Part shown: one piece after another, positions 31,203 through 41,440 of the stretch
How the letters are laid out: the number at the start of each line of letters is the position of its first letter
Position numbering within the stretch: position 1 is the stretch's first letter
Assembly (NCBI GenBank): GCA_965226555.1
Contig: CBDDDG010000018.1
Coordinates: 1-64,000, forward strand
Direction of reading: 5' to 3'
DNA from: Salinispira sp.
Lineage (GTDB): Bacteria; Spirochaetota; Spirochaetia; DSM-27196; Salinispiraceae
DNA: 64,000 bases
The notes under the pieces: generated by a model
Database searches by the model: none
Told to the model about the DNA's origin: nothing
The model's input: the letters and a program-made list of their open reading frames with translations, nothing else
Position numbers and translations under genes: made by a program

Positions 31203-31574
31203 TCAGCATTGGTAGCCGTTAAAAGTCGTTCCAATTATAGCAATACCCCCAGATATACCCGAGGTAAGGGCTACTGCCGTAAGGTTATTCTGATCCCGAA
31301 GTTTTTCAGCATCCCATGCTTGATACACGCGGGGATCAACATATTGAATAGCCTCATAGAACACATCTTTCGACACCTCGAGCCCGCCTATTGTCGGGTA
31401 CCACCCGCCAGAAGCAAATGTACCAGCAAAGGAGAAATCTCCTCCAGAGGAGGCAAAAGATGAAAACCCGAAGGTTTCTTCTACCCAAAGTTCTCCTTCG
31501 GGTATAACAATATCTTGAGCAATCAAAGAACATGTTACCAACGCAAGTAACAACATGCTAAATATTTTTTTCAT
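31203..31574 (-). CDS. Secreted/membrane hypothetical protein, possibly truncated
   Basis: Signal peptide MKKIFSMLLLALVTCSLIA; SD GAGGA. Confidence 0.5.
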   Translation of the reverse strand: MKKIFSMLLLALVTCSLIAQDIVIPEGELWVEETFGFSSFASSGGDFSFAGTFASGGWYPTIGGLEVSKDVFYEAIQYVDPRVYQAWDAEKLRDQNNLTAVALTSGISGGIAIIGTTFNGYQC

Positions 31575-31596
31575 AACCCATCCTCATCAGATTCTT

Positions 31597-32535
31597 TCAT
31601 GTTTCCGCCCGGGGAAGCGGTATGAGCTGCCGATCCCGCGCAAGAAAAACATTTTTACATTCTTTTCCTGCTTCGTCAAGTAATTTTTTCAAATCTCTGT
31701 CGTTGTATCGGGGAGAAAAATGAATAAGTCCGGTTTTTTTTGCTCCTGCTCTGGCGGCAATAATTCCTGCCTCCCGGGCGGTCATGTGTCCCTTTTTCGC
31801 TGCCGTTTCCGCAAGCGCATCTTCAAACATTCCCTCGCATATGAGGAGATCAGAATCTCTGACCTCATCTATAATAGAGGAAATAGGAAGAGTATCTGTT
31901 ACATAACTTACCTTGCGTCCGGGACGGCTTGGTCCGAGAACATCGGCAGGCCGTACAACGTTCCCATTGGGGAGAGATACTGTTTCGCCATCCTGAAGAG
32001 TGGACCAGAGAGGGCCTCGGGGGATGCCCATATCGAGAGCCGCCTGAGGGTTAAAGATACCGGGACGTTCATGCTCAATGAAGGAGTAACCAACACAGAC
32101 CCGCGTATGCCGAAGGGGAAAACTCCTAATTTCATACTCCTTCGAAGAAAATACTACCTGCGGCATCTGCGGATCATCAATTTCAAGAACCTTTATTTCA
32201 TAGTTAAGGTGCATTTCCAAAATACGGCAGCTCGATTCAACATATTCCCGAATCCGCGGGGGGCCGATGATATACAGCGGTTCCTGACGGTCAACCTGCG
32301 ATGACAGCATGAGCATACCGGGAAGACCGGTAATGTGATCCGCATGGGTGTGAGAAATTAATATACTGTGAATTCTCTTCCACCGAAGATTAAGTTTGCG
32401 CAGGCTGACCTGTGTTCCCTCTCCGGCATCAAAAAGGAAGAGCGTCCCCTCCCTGCGAAGGAGTACCGATGTGAGATGACGCCGGGGAAGTGGCATACTT
32501 CCCCCGCTTCCAAGGATAAAGGCTTCCATCATCAT
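31597..32535 (-). CDS. rnz: Ribonuclease Z
   Basis: SHTHADH and the GP exosite arm. Confidence 0.95.
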   Translation of the reverse strand: MMMEAFILGSGGSMPLPRRHLTSVLLRREGTLFLFDAGEGTQVSLRKLNLRWKRIHSILISHTHADHITGLPGMLMLSSQVDRQEPLYIIGPPRIREYVESSCRILEMHLNYEIKVLEIDDPQMPQVVFSSKEYEIRSFPLRHTRVCVGYSFIEHERPGIFNPQAALDMGIPRGPLWSTLQDGETVSLPNGNVVRPADVLGPSRPGRKVSYVTDTLPISSIIDEVRDSDLLICEGMFEDALAETAAKKGHMTAREAGIIAARAGAKKTGLIHFSPRYNDRDLKKLLDEAGKECKNVFLARDRQLIPLPRAET

Positions 32536-32596
32536 GAAACTATCTCACAAGAAAATTTCTCACACAGGAAAACAATGGGGCTGCGATACATATTCA

Positions 32597-33775
32597 TTAT
32601 ACCAGATTCAGGTCAGGATCTATGTCCGCATCATAATCAATATCAGTCCGACCGAAACCATGAATACCGAGAAAATCGGCATTATAGCCATCGAGATCGG
32701 CAAGTTCATGAATGTTTTCCGTGCTCACCTGCGGCCAGAGAGTATTGACTTCATGCTGTACTGACTCATCCAATTCCAGATCATCCATTCTGATGCGTCC
32801 CTCCTCGTCAAGTTTGGGATTTTCCCCATATAAACGATCCGCGAATAAACGATACATTTGCTCAATACAGTTTTCATGAGTGCCCCGCTCCTTCATAATT
32901 TTGAACAGCAGAGAAAGATACAGCGGTACCACCGGTATGACTGCCGATGCGCGGGTAACAAGCGCCTTGTTTACCGAAACAAAGGCCCGTCCATTGCAGT
33001 TCTGAAGTGTACTGCGGATTGTATGCGCCGCGGCCTCCAAATTTTCCTTCGCCTTTCCAATTGTGCCATCACGATACACTGCCCGGGTGAGTTCGGGGCC
33101 AATGTAGGAATAGGCGACAGTTGTGAAATTCCGGCTGAGGAGGTCGGCCTTGAGAAGGGTGTTTATCCAGAGAATCCAATCGTCGCCCCCCATAACATTG
33201 ATGGTGCTCGTAATTTCTTCCTCGGAGGCGGGTTCAATGGTTATTGTCGATATTTCTCCGGTCTGGGTGTTAATGCTCTTTGCGGTATAATTCTTGGCAA
33301 TGGGCTTGAGTACCGACTTATAGGTAACACCGCTGTCCGGATCCTTTCGCATGGGGCTGGCAAGACTATATACGAGCAAATCAATTGTACCGAATAGTTC
33401 CCTGATCCGCCGGACAGTCTCCGCCTTTACTTCATGACTGAAGGCATCGCCATTAATGCCTTCGGCAATGAGACCAGCCCGCCGCGCCTCATATTCCATG
33501 CTTTTCGTATTATAGTACCCGCTGGTGCCGGTGCGTTTTCCACTCGGTTCCCGATCAAAGGAAACGGCAAAGGTATGCGCCTCTGCGCCAAAAGCTGCGA
33601 CAATGCGGCTGGCAAGCCCATAACCGTTTGATGCCCCAAGCACCAGAACATTCTTCGGACCGTCAATTTTTGCCTGGCCTCTGACATAGGCAATGTCATC
33701 CATTACTTCTTTCTGCGCTCCAAGGGGGTGGGCATTCATGCAGATATTACTGCGAATCATTGGTTTTATAACCAT
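32597..33775 (-). CDS. fabV: Enoyl-ACP reductase FabV / trans-2-enoyl-CoA reductase
   Basis: GASNGYGLASRI and YRDGTIGKAK. Confidence 0.95.
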   Translation of the reverse strand: MVIKPMIRSNICMNAHPLGAQKEVMDDIAYVRGQAKIDGPKNVLVLGASNGYGLASRIVAAFGAEAHTFAVSFDREPSGKRTGTSGYYNTKSMEYEARRAGLIAEGINGDAFSHEVKAETVRRIRELFGTIDLLVYSLASPMRKDPDSGVTYKSVLKPIAKNYTAKSINTQTGEISTITIEPASEEEITSTINVMGGDDWILWINTLLKADLLSRNFTTVAYSYIGPELTRAVYRDGTIGKAKENLEAAAHTIRSTLQNCNGRAFVSVNKALVTRASAVIPVVPLYLSLLFKIMKERGTHENCIEQMYRLFADRLYGENPKLDEEGRIRMDDLELDESVQHEVNTLWPQVSTENIHELADLDGYNADFLGIHGFGRTDIDYDADIDPDLNLV

Positions 33776-33830
33776 TGTATCCTCACATATGTATTGATTT
33801 TTTACATGATATTACACAAAATTACCGTTC

Positions 33831-35204
33831 ATGAACATACAGGAATGGAAAAAACTTAATAAAACAAAACAGCAGTATTATCTTCACCGGAGTGAGGGCA
33901 ATTTTCAGGCAGCTTATACCGCAGTACAGCCGATTATTGATCGGGTACGGGCTCAGGGGGACGCAGCGCTCAGGGAATATACCCGGCGTTTTGATGGGGC
34001 TCATATTTCATCAATAACAGTCGGCGGAGATGAGTTTTCAGAGGCTGAACAGATTCTTTCTTCCGAAATGAAGGAAGCCATTGAATATGCTATTGAGAAT
34101 GTACGGAATTTCCACAGGAAGCAGATGCGGGGAGATGTTCCAGCGGATTTTGGAGCGGCGGCAAAGGGGAAGGCAGAGGTTCCGGTAGAGGTTCCGGCAG
34201 AGGTTCCGGTAGAATTATGTACGGTCAGACCCGGAATTCGCGCAGGAAAACGCTACACAGCCATTGATTCCGTGGGGCTCTATGTACCCCGCGGGCGCGG
34301 AAGCTTTCCCTCCATGCTTTATATGCTCGCCGTTCCGGCTGTATTAGCATCGGTTCCGCACATTAGCATTGCGACTCCTCCCCAGCCCGACGGGAAGGTT
34401 GATCCTGCCTGTCTGTACGCAGCGAGGGTCTGCGGGATAGAGCTGATCTACCGCATTGGGGGAAGTCAGGCAATTGCCGCCCTGGCCTTCGGCACCGAGA
34501 CTGTTCAAAAGGTACTGAAGGTTGTTGGGCCTGGCAGCATATATGTGAATGCGGCAAAACGATTACTTGCAGATACAATTGATACCGGGCTCCCCGCCGG
34601 TCCCTCGGAGGCGGTAGTTGTCGCCGATGCCGGTGCCGACCCCCACCTTGTTACGCTTGATCTGTGCACGGAAGCGGAGCATGGTTCCGACTCCTCTGCC
34701 GTATTAATTACCGACAGTCCGGAGCTTGCCATGGAAGTAAAGAAAAGAGTTGAACAATTTGTGCATGAAATTCCATTGCCGCGCAAAACCTTTATCACAG
34801 ATGTCTTCCGGAAATATGGGGGGATTTTTCTCGTTGATACCATTGAAGAAGCTCTGAAACTTGCCGATACTTTTGCCCCTGAGCATCTACAAATTCAAAC
34901 TGCTGCTCCACAGAAACATCTGGAGCAGGTGAAAAATGCCGGCGAAATTCTCCTGGGCCCCTATACTCCATTTACGATGGCAAATTACGCTGCAGGAGCA
35001 AATGCGGTACTGCCGACGGGCGGGAAGGCGCGAACCTGGTCTGCGGTTTCTGTGCAGGATTTCATAAAATCAACTTCAATAGTGGAAATTGATGCCGCCG
35101 GATATGCCGATCTTGAGAAGCATTGCAGGGTACTTGCAGAGTACGAAGGCTTTTATGCTCATCATGAGGCCATTGCCAGACGTACATTCACGGAAACCAC
35201 ATAA
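33831..35204 (+). CDS. hisD: Histidinol dehydrogenase homolog with atypical active site
   Basis: GLYVP, AGPSE, AEH and APEHL present, but ANY/NAVLPT replaces GDY/NHVLPT. Confidence 0.8.
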   Translation: MNIQEWKKLNKTKQQYYLHRSEGNFQAAYTAVQPIIDRVRAQGDAALREYTRRFDGAHISSITVGGDEFSEAEQILSSEMKEAIEYAIENVRNFHRKQMRGDVPADFGAAAKGKAEVPVEVPAEVPVELCTVRPGIRAGKRYTAIDSVGLYVPRGRGSFPSMLYMLAVPAVLASVPHISIATPPQPDGKVDPACLYAARVCGIELIYRIGGSQAIAALAFGTETVQKVLKVVGPGSIYVNAAKRLLADTIDTGLPAGPSEAVVVADAGADPHLVTLDLCTEAEHGSDSSAVLITDSPELAMEVKKRVEQFVHEIPLPRKTFITDVFRKYGGIFLVDTIEEALKLADTFAPEHLQIQTAAPQKHLEQVKNAGEILLGPYTPFTMANYAAGANAVLPTGGKARTWSAVSVQDFIKSTSIVEIDAAGYADLEKHCRVLAEYEGFYAHHEAIARRTFTETT

Positions 35205-35223
35205 AAGAGCGGGCATACAAAAT

Positions 35224-36672
35224 ATGACAGCAGATTTTGCATATTTTGAACAATTCACCAATGTTGAAAAATCAACGCGGGCATCGGTAAAGTTCCGGCT
35301 CGACCGCATGGTCACACTTCTTGGAGATTTTGCGAATCCCCAGAACAATATGGCACTCGTACACGTTGCGGGGTCAAAGGGAAAGGGTATGACATCGGCA
35401 TTTACGGCAGCCCTCCTTGCCGATGCGCTTGGAGAACCCGTTGGTATCTATGCATCTCCGCACATAGAGGACTACCGTGAACGCATACGGCTTTCCCTGC
35501 CTGCCATGACCGATTACCGCGATGGTTTTTTTCCCGCTGCGGTCTACGAAGAAGGGATAACACAGATTCAGCACTATCTCAAAAACCGAAGCATGCAGCC
35601 GACAACCTTTGAATTGCTCACCCTCCTTGCCTTCATTTTATTCAGAGCGCAAAAAATTCACTGGGCTGTCATTGAAGTGGGGCTCGGAGGCAGGCTCGAT
35701 TCAACCAATGTAATTGAACCACAGTTTTGCATCATAACCCCGCTGGAAATTGAGCATAGCCGGTATCTTGGAAATACCATAGAAGAAATTGCCGGAGAAA
35801 AGGCGGGAATTATTAAACGGGGTATCCCGGTACTCAGCCAAAAACAAAATGCCGCCGCAGAACGGGTTATAAGAAAAAGAGCGCTGGAACTAAAGGCTCC
35901 CTGCTATTTTTTTACCGACTTTGCGCATACTGAAAAATATCCGCCATTTAATACTGTGTTGACCCCTCCCTACGCGCACGAGAATGCCTGCCTTGCGTAC
36001 CTCGCGTATCATCTCATCCAAAAACATTCCCTCCAAAAACATTCCCTCCAAAAACATTTCCATTTACAGAGAAAAATACCTGTCCCAAACCTAAATCCTG
36101 AACAGGCACTGGAAAGTATAGGGCGAACAGTCCTACCCGGACGTTTTGAACAGCACAATCTATCCATACGAACAAACGGGAAAGGGGAGCAGGCAGTACA
36201 AAAACCGATCATTATGGATGCAGCCCACACACCGGCATCTATTCGGGCATTTCTGACCGGATTGAAAATAATCAGAAATCAGCACCCTGAAAAGACTCTT
36301 ACAATTATTTTTTCAGCGCTTGAAGATAAGGACTGCAGAACAATGCTGGAGTATATTATGGAGGTTTGCAACATACTGATAATAACCGGCTGCGGCAGTT
36401 TCAAGCGCGCTGATATAACAGAGCTTACAGAAATTGCCCGGCAAATTGCAGAAAACAAACCGCGTATAAAGCTCCGCGTCATTCATGAAGCCGACAAGGC
36501 ATTGCATACGGTACTGGAAAGTTCTGAAAATGATATTGTGGCAATCTGCGGTTCATTTTATCTAATCGGAGAAATGCACAGGGCGCTGAAAAAATATACC
36601 AAAGTTTTGCATTGGAAAATTGCGCGTGCGCAATTTCCAGTAGCAAAAGTTTCAGATTCGGAGTTACCATGA
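35224..36672 (+). CDS. folC: Folylpolyglutamate/dihydrofolate synthase
   Basis: HVAGSKGKG, EVGLGGRLDSTN and DAAH. Confidence 0.9.
   Translation: MTADFAYFEQFTNVEKSTRASVKFRLDRMVTLLGDFANPQNNMALVHVAGSKGKGMTSAFTAALLADALGEPVGIYASPHIEDYRERIRLSLPAMTDYRDGFFPAAVYEEGITQIQHYLKNRSMQPTTFELLTLLAFILFRAQKIHWAVIEVGLGGRLDSTNVIEPQFCIITPLEIEHSRYLGNTIEEIAGEKAGIIKRGIPVLSQKQNAAAERVIRKRALELKAPCYFFTDFAHTEKYPPFNTVLTPPYAHENACLAYLAYHLIQKHSLQKHSLQKHFHLQRKIPVPNLNPEQALESIGRTVLPGRFEQHNLSIRTNGKGEQAVQKPIIMDAAHTPASIRAFLTGLKIIRNQHPEKTLTIIFSALEDKDCRTMLEYIMEVCNILIITGCGSFKRADITELTEIARQIAENKPRIKLRVIHEADKALHTVLESSENDIVAICGSFYLIGEMHRALKKYTKVLHWKIARAQFPVAKVSDSELP
36600..36653. repeat. 54-bp palindrome in frame within the folC 3' end
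   Basis: AAAGTTTTGCATTGGAAAATTGCGCGTGCGCAATTTCCAGTAGCAAAAGTTTC. Confidence 0.9.
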
Positions 36673-38123
36673 GCCTCAACTGGGTGGAAATAGATATTAT
36701 ACTTGCGGAGTTGTCACTGACGGGAAAATATATCCGACAGATTTTTCAATATGACTATCGAAATATCTATTTTCAACTCTTCTCAAAGCAGGAAAACACC
36801 TATGTACGGATATGCCTTGAGCAGGGACATACCCGCCTGCATACAATAGTGTCACGGCCGGGCTCACAGACAGAATCGCTGACAGAATCTCGGACGGAAT
36901 CTCGGACAGGATCACGAACGGTACAGCCGCGATTCTCGGAATTTCTGCGCTCACGAATACGCGGCGGAAGGATCATATCGGCAGCTCAGATAGGTCATGA
37001 ACGGATCGTACAGATTGAAATTACCCGCAGTTCGGAAACAACCCTTCTCTATCTGAAACTCTGGGGCAGCGCATCCAATGTTATTGCCTGCGATAGTGAA
37101 AACACAATTCTCGAAGCCGCATACCGCAGACCAAAGCGGAAAGAATGCGCAGGAGAAATTTTTCAAATTCCCCGGACAGCAAACATCAACATAAACCTTC
37201 TCAGTGCCCGCCCCGCCCTCCCCGAATACAGCACATATAACCAAAGTATTGCAGCCGAATATGCAGAAGATGAGAATGTAAGAGAACAGCAAAAAATGGT
37301 GAAAAATCTCATTCAGTATTATACAAGACAAAAAAATAACCTATCCAAAACGATCCGTACGATCACGGGCAGGCAGGAAAGTAGTGAATCGGCTGATCGT
37401 CTGCAAAAATTTGCCGATATCATTCTCACGGAAAGCCGAAACATACAAAGGGGTGATGAATGTATTCAGGCGACAGATTTTGATGGAAGGGCGGTGACCA
37501 TTCCCCTCGACCCTTCTCTTTCTCCTTCAGAAAATGCCCAAAAATTCCATAGGGAAGCAAAGAAAATTAATGCCCGCGCCCGGCGCATGAACGAGGAAAA
37601 AGCGGATATTCTGCAGAACTTTGAAGAAATAACACATATACTTCAAGCCCTGAATACCGATACATCTCCTGCAATTCTTCGAAAACTCTCTGAAGAAATG
37701 CGGCAGAAAGACAGTAAGGCCCGTGATCTGCAGAAGAAGGACGGGAGAGCCAAATTAACATTTGAGAGTCAGGGTTTTCAGATAGTGGTTGGACGGAATG
37801 CCAGAGACAATGAGCAACTCCTTCGAAATTGTACCCGGGGAAATGATACCTGGCTTCATACACGAGATTATCCGGGCGCCTATGTTTTTATTAAGCAGAA
37901 ACCTGGGAAAAACATTCCTCTGGAAGTTCTTCTTGATGCCGGTAATTTAGCCGTACATTACAGTAAGGCAAAAAGCATCGGCACGGCCGACCTTTACTAT
38001 ACACAGGTAAAATACCTTCGGCGTCCGAAAAAGGGAAAACCGGGCATGGTTTTGCCGACGCAGGAAAAAAACCTGTGTGTAAAAGTGAATGCAACACGCA
38101 TGAAGCGGTTATTGGGAGGATAA
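36669..38123 (+). CDS. NFACT/Rqc2 (RqcH/FbpA-like) protein
   Basis: FSEFLRS, ERIV, ENAQKF, VGRNARDN and WLHTRDYPGAYV. Confidence 0.9.
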   Translation: MSLNWVEIDIILAELSLTGKYIRQIFQYDYRNIYFQLFSKQENTYVRICLEQGHTRLHTIVSRPGSQTESLTESRTESRTGSRTVQPRFSEFLRSRIRGGRIISAAQIGHERIVQIEITRSSETTLLYLKLWGSASNVIACDSENTILEAAYRRPKRKECAGEIFQIPRTANININLLSARPALPEYSTYNQSIAAEYAEDENVREQQKMVKNLIQYYTRQKNNLSKTIRTITGRQESSESADRLQKFADIILTESRNIQRGDECIQATDFDGRAVTIPLDPSLSPSENAQKFHREAKKINARARRMNEEKADILQNFEEITHILQALNTDTSPAILRKLSEEMRQKDSKARDLQKKDGRAKLTFESQGFQIVVGRNARDNEQLLRNCTRGNDTWLHTRDYPGAYVFIKQKPGKNIPLEVLLDAGNLAVHYSKAKSIGTADLYYTQVKYLRRPKKGKPGMVLPTQEKNLCVKVNATRMKRLLGG

Positions 38124-39545
38124 ATGTCAGTACCTATCAGAATAGATGATTCTTCCAACATTTTTCATCGTTTCGTACATGGTGATAAGGATAAAACCGC
38201 CATATGCACGGGAATTCAGGCAAGCGGACATGGTATGCAGCGATTCAGCGCAGATTTTACCGGTTCTGCCCTTTTGTTTTCACTCAATGACGATCATTCC
38301 AATGTTGTTATGCGGCGGATTCCTGTTGATCGCGTGTTTAGTCAGCATAAGCGGCTATACATTGTTATTGATGAATACTTTCAGGGAAAAAGCATGCAGG
38401 AGTACCTTGATGATGCGCATTCTGATTCGCCGCGCCGGGAATTTTCAGAATTTTCATATATGATGGGCATGATCATTAATACCTATTCTCATCTCCTCCC
38501 TCTTCCAATTAATCCGCAGCATATTCTTCACAACTCCGGAAAACTTCTCATACTACCGGAGAAATGGAGCCATATAATTACCTCGTATGAATCGGAACAG
38601 TCCCGGCAGAAGGGACTTGCGCGGATTAATTATCCTGATCAGCATGGTTTTGATAAGAAGAAGTTGCAGACATTCTGTTTTGCCTGTTCCTTGTATTACA
38701 TGCTCAGTCAGCACTGGTCTATTGAAGAGGATGATAGCAGCATTCATAACCGGCTCAAGCGTGTGAATGTTCACCGCCCGATTGAAACACTTGTACCTGA
38801 AATTCCTGAAGAACTTGCGGCATGGTTTTATGAGGCTCTGCGTCTGAAGGCTTCTGACTGTTCTGTCCCATTATTCTATCTGAAAAAACCTCAATCGCTA
38901 CAATCAGCTGATCGTAGCCCGGAGAATACCGACAGGCGGATACGATCCTGGCAGAGATCACTGAAACGGGAAAAATTACGGAACACGATACGACTGCACA
39001 TTCTTCCCATTACTATTGCCGCAGCGATCCTTATCGTTTTTCTTGCCTCAACGGCAGCCATCATACGGCAGGCAACAAGCGATTTACTCATTACCGGATT
39101 AGCTCCTGAAGAGGTCATACGAACATTTTACGAAAGTTATAACAATCTTGATCATACTTTCATGGCAGATGCCGCATATCGAAAAGCAGGAAGGGAAAAG
39201 GTAAATCAAATTACAAGTCTTTATGCCATTACCGCAATTCGCGAGGGCACAGAAAGGAGGCAGATTTTCATGCCGGTTTCAGAATGGCTGGAAAAATCGG
39301 AGGAAGAACAAGAATTACTCACGCACTATATGATATTCGGTATTAGCGACCTCAATATCAGGCATCTTCCCGATATTGAGGGAGATGATGCTCATATTCA
39401 GGGCGATGCGCATTTTGTCGTCAGTTATTCGCTCTGGACTCCTGAAGATACTGTTTTACAAGAAGAACGTATACAAGAGCATGTTACTATGAGAAAATTT
39501 CGCAGAGGCTGGAAAATTGTATCTATAACAGAACAAGAGAATTAG
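38124..39545 (+). CDS. Hypothetical single-TM protein (possibly pseudokinase-like N-terminal domain)
   Basis: 473-aa ORF with one central TM. Confidence 0.6.
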   Translation: MSVPIRIDDSSNIFHRFVHGDKDKTAICTGIQASGHGMQRFSADFTGSALLFSLNDDHSNVVMRRIPVDRVFSQHKRLYIVIDEYFQGKSMQEYLDDAHSDSPRREFSEFSYMMGMIINTYSHLLPLPINPQHILHNSGKLLILPEKWSHIITSYESEQSRQKGLARINYPDQHGFDKKKLQTFCFACSLYYMLSQHWSIEEDDSSIHNRLKRVNVHRPIETLVPEIPEELAAWFYEALRLKASDCSVPLFYLKKPQSLQSADRSPENTDRRIRSWQRSLKREKLRNTIRLHILPITIAAAILIVFLASTAAIIRQATSDLLITGLAPEEVIRTFYESYNNLDHTFMADAAYRKAGREKVNQITSLYAITAIREGTERRQIFMPVSEWLEKSEEEQELLTHYMIFGISDLNIRHLPDIEGDDAHIQGDAHFVVSYSLWTPEDTVLQEERIQEHVTMRKFRRGWKIVSITEQEN

Positions 39546-40594
39546 ATACCGCCGGTAATTTCATCAATAAGAATAACTATGAGGCCAATACCGAGAGTTG
39601 TACCTCCGCCAATTATCAACCCGAGTCCGAGAGGCTCGGAGACCTCCGAATCAATCATAAGATCTGCGGAATTAAAAATAATTCCGGTAATTCCGGTAAT
39701 TGTTCCGAGAATGCTGATAATTCCGCCAAGAGCTCTCCATGGAGTCACAGAAATTTCTCCCTGTGACGTAATGTCTGGAGTAAGCTGCAGAGAATTGAGT
39801 AGATCAAGCCCAGTGTTTCTATTGCCAACAAACTGATCCGCTACCGTAATGTTTTCATTGGGATATCCAAAAGAAATGGGCAGCGATTGTATAAAGTGCT
39901 GTTCCCAATATGTAACGATCCCGCTCGACAGGCTCTGTTCACTTATGTTTATTATTTCTGCAGTACCATTCAACAGAGAACTATCAATGTCAAGTTCCTC
40001 ATTACTATTGATGATTCGGTTTTGCATACCTTCCCGCGTAATCACTGAAATTTCAACATCGCCTTCAAAGGAATATATGAGTGGACGGGGAACAACACGG
40101 TTGACAGGAGGGATAAAATCAAATCCAAAATCGGAATTTCTGGTATTGATGGCAACTCCCCGGCTCCGAACATTAAAGGGTTCCGATTCTTCCGATTGAA
40201 AAATTTCCCCCCGTATTCTTCCATAAAACAGTTCGTACTGCCCGCCCTCATCTATATTGAGTTTATTGATGCCAAGAATTGTATTCTCCGCAAGTTTGAC
40301 AATATTTTCACTCGGTAAAAATTGAATTTCAAGAAAACTGTTTTCCCCTGTCCGTACAATATCACCCTCTCGAATTTTCAGAGCAGAAAAATCACTATCC
40401 TGAACATTGTGCTCTTCAAGAATTCCATCTCTGAGGATACTGAAATTGTTGCCGCTTGAATAACGAACAATACCAAAGGCTTCTACTGCCTCCGCATCCT
40501 CATTCTGCAAAGATTCCGCACTTTCTTCCTGTGAATATAACGATAACGAAATAAGAAAAAATATACCCAATAAAAAAAACTTCAATTTGCTCAT
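39542..40594 (-). CDS. FecR-domain membrane protein
   Basis: GDIVRTGENSFLEI...VKLAENT; two C-terminal TMs. Confidence 0.7.
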   Translation of the reverse strand: MSKLKFFLLGIFFLISLSLYSQEESAESLQNEDAEAVEAFGIVRYSSGNNFSILRDGILEEHNVQDSDFSALKIREGDIVRTGENSFLEIQFLPSENIVKLAENTILGINKLNIDEGGQYELFYGRIRGEIFQSEESEPFNVRSRGVAINTRNSDFGFDFIPPVNRVVPRPLIYSFEGDVEISVITREGMQNRIINSNEELDIDSSLLNGTAEIINISEQSLSSGIVTYWEQHFIQSLPISFGYPNENITVADQFVGNRNTGLDLLNSLQLTPDITSQGEISVTPWRALGGIISILGTITGITGIIFNSADLMIDSEVSEPLGLGLIIGGGTTLGIGLIVILIDEITGGI

Positions 40595-40688
40595 AATACC
40601 CTTATCGGAAATTTTTGCAAGATACAAAACTTTCTACACAATATACACCTAATGATAGTATACATCAATCATTTTTTATCACCAGAAA

Positions 40689-41390
40689 TTAATCGGTAAG
40701 CAGGGCAACACAATATACATTACAAAATCCTTCTTTTTTTAGTAACTCCCTGCATTGATTCAATGTTGCGCCGGTAGTAATAACATCATCAATGATAATT
40801 ATGCTCGTTTCGTGATGCAATATCTTCGAGCGAGATCGACGAAGAGAAACAGCATGCAGCATATTTATTTTTCGCGATTTTCTGTCGAGCATTTTTTGTG
40901 ACGCGGATACATTCCGGCTGAATAATTTTACAACACGCGCAGTGAAATTACAATACCGGGCAAGTGAACGGCAGAAACGATTCATATGATCGTAACCCCG
41001 CGTTAATTGGCCATGAAAAGAGGGCGGCGGATGAGTAAAAACTATTTCTCCGGCGGAGATGTTCAGAGAATGTATATAATTGCGAATGTTCGTCAGGAAT
41101 ATCCCTGCGAGGAGCTGCCCTCCCTTCGGCAACCTTCCCTTTTTAAAATGTATGAGCGTGGCTGCAATTCTCCCGCTATACACAGCGCATACAAAGCACT
41201 CTTCCTCTCTTCGCCAGCAATGCAGCGATTCTGGAGGAAGAATTTCAATGTTCTCCGTACAATCGTCACACATTCCTGACTGAACATTTTTCATTAAGAG
41301 TTCACGTGAACAGATCGTACATACGCGTGGAATAAATGTATGAAATATTTCCCGTAGCACATCATATATAACGGGTGAAATGCTGTTCAT
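40689..41390 (-). CDS. comF: ComF family protein
   Basis: CxxC...CxxC, RGYD and IIDDVITTGATL. Confidence 0.9.
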   Translation of the reverse strand: MNSISPVIYDVLREIFHTFIPRVCTICSRELLMKNVQSGMCDDCTENIEILPPESLHCWRREEECFVCAVYSGRIAATLIHFKKGRLPKGGQLLAGIFLTNIRNYIHSLNISAGEIVFTHPPPSFHGQLTRGYDHMNRFCRSLARYCNFTARVVKLFSRNVSASQKMLDRKSRKINMLHAVSLRRSRSKILHHETSIIIIDDVITTGATLNQCRELLKKEGFCNVYCVALLTD

Positions 41391-41440
41391 AATTGATATT
41401 GTATGAAATTTTTTGCATTTTGCAAAATTTTCTGTATGGA

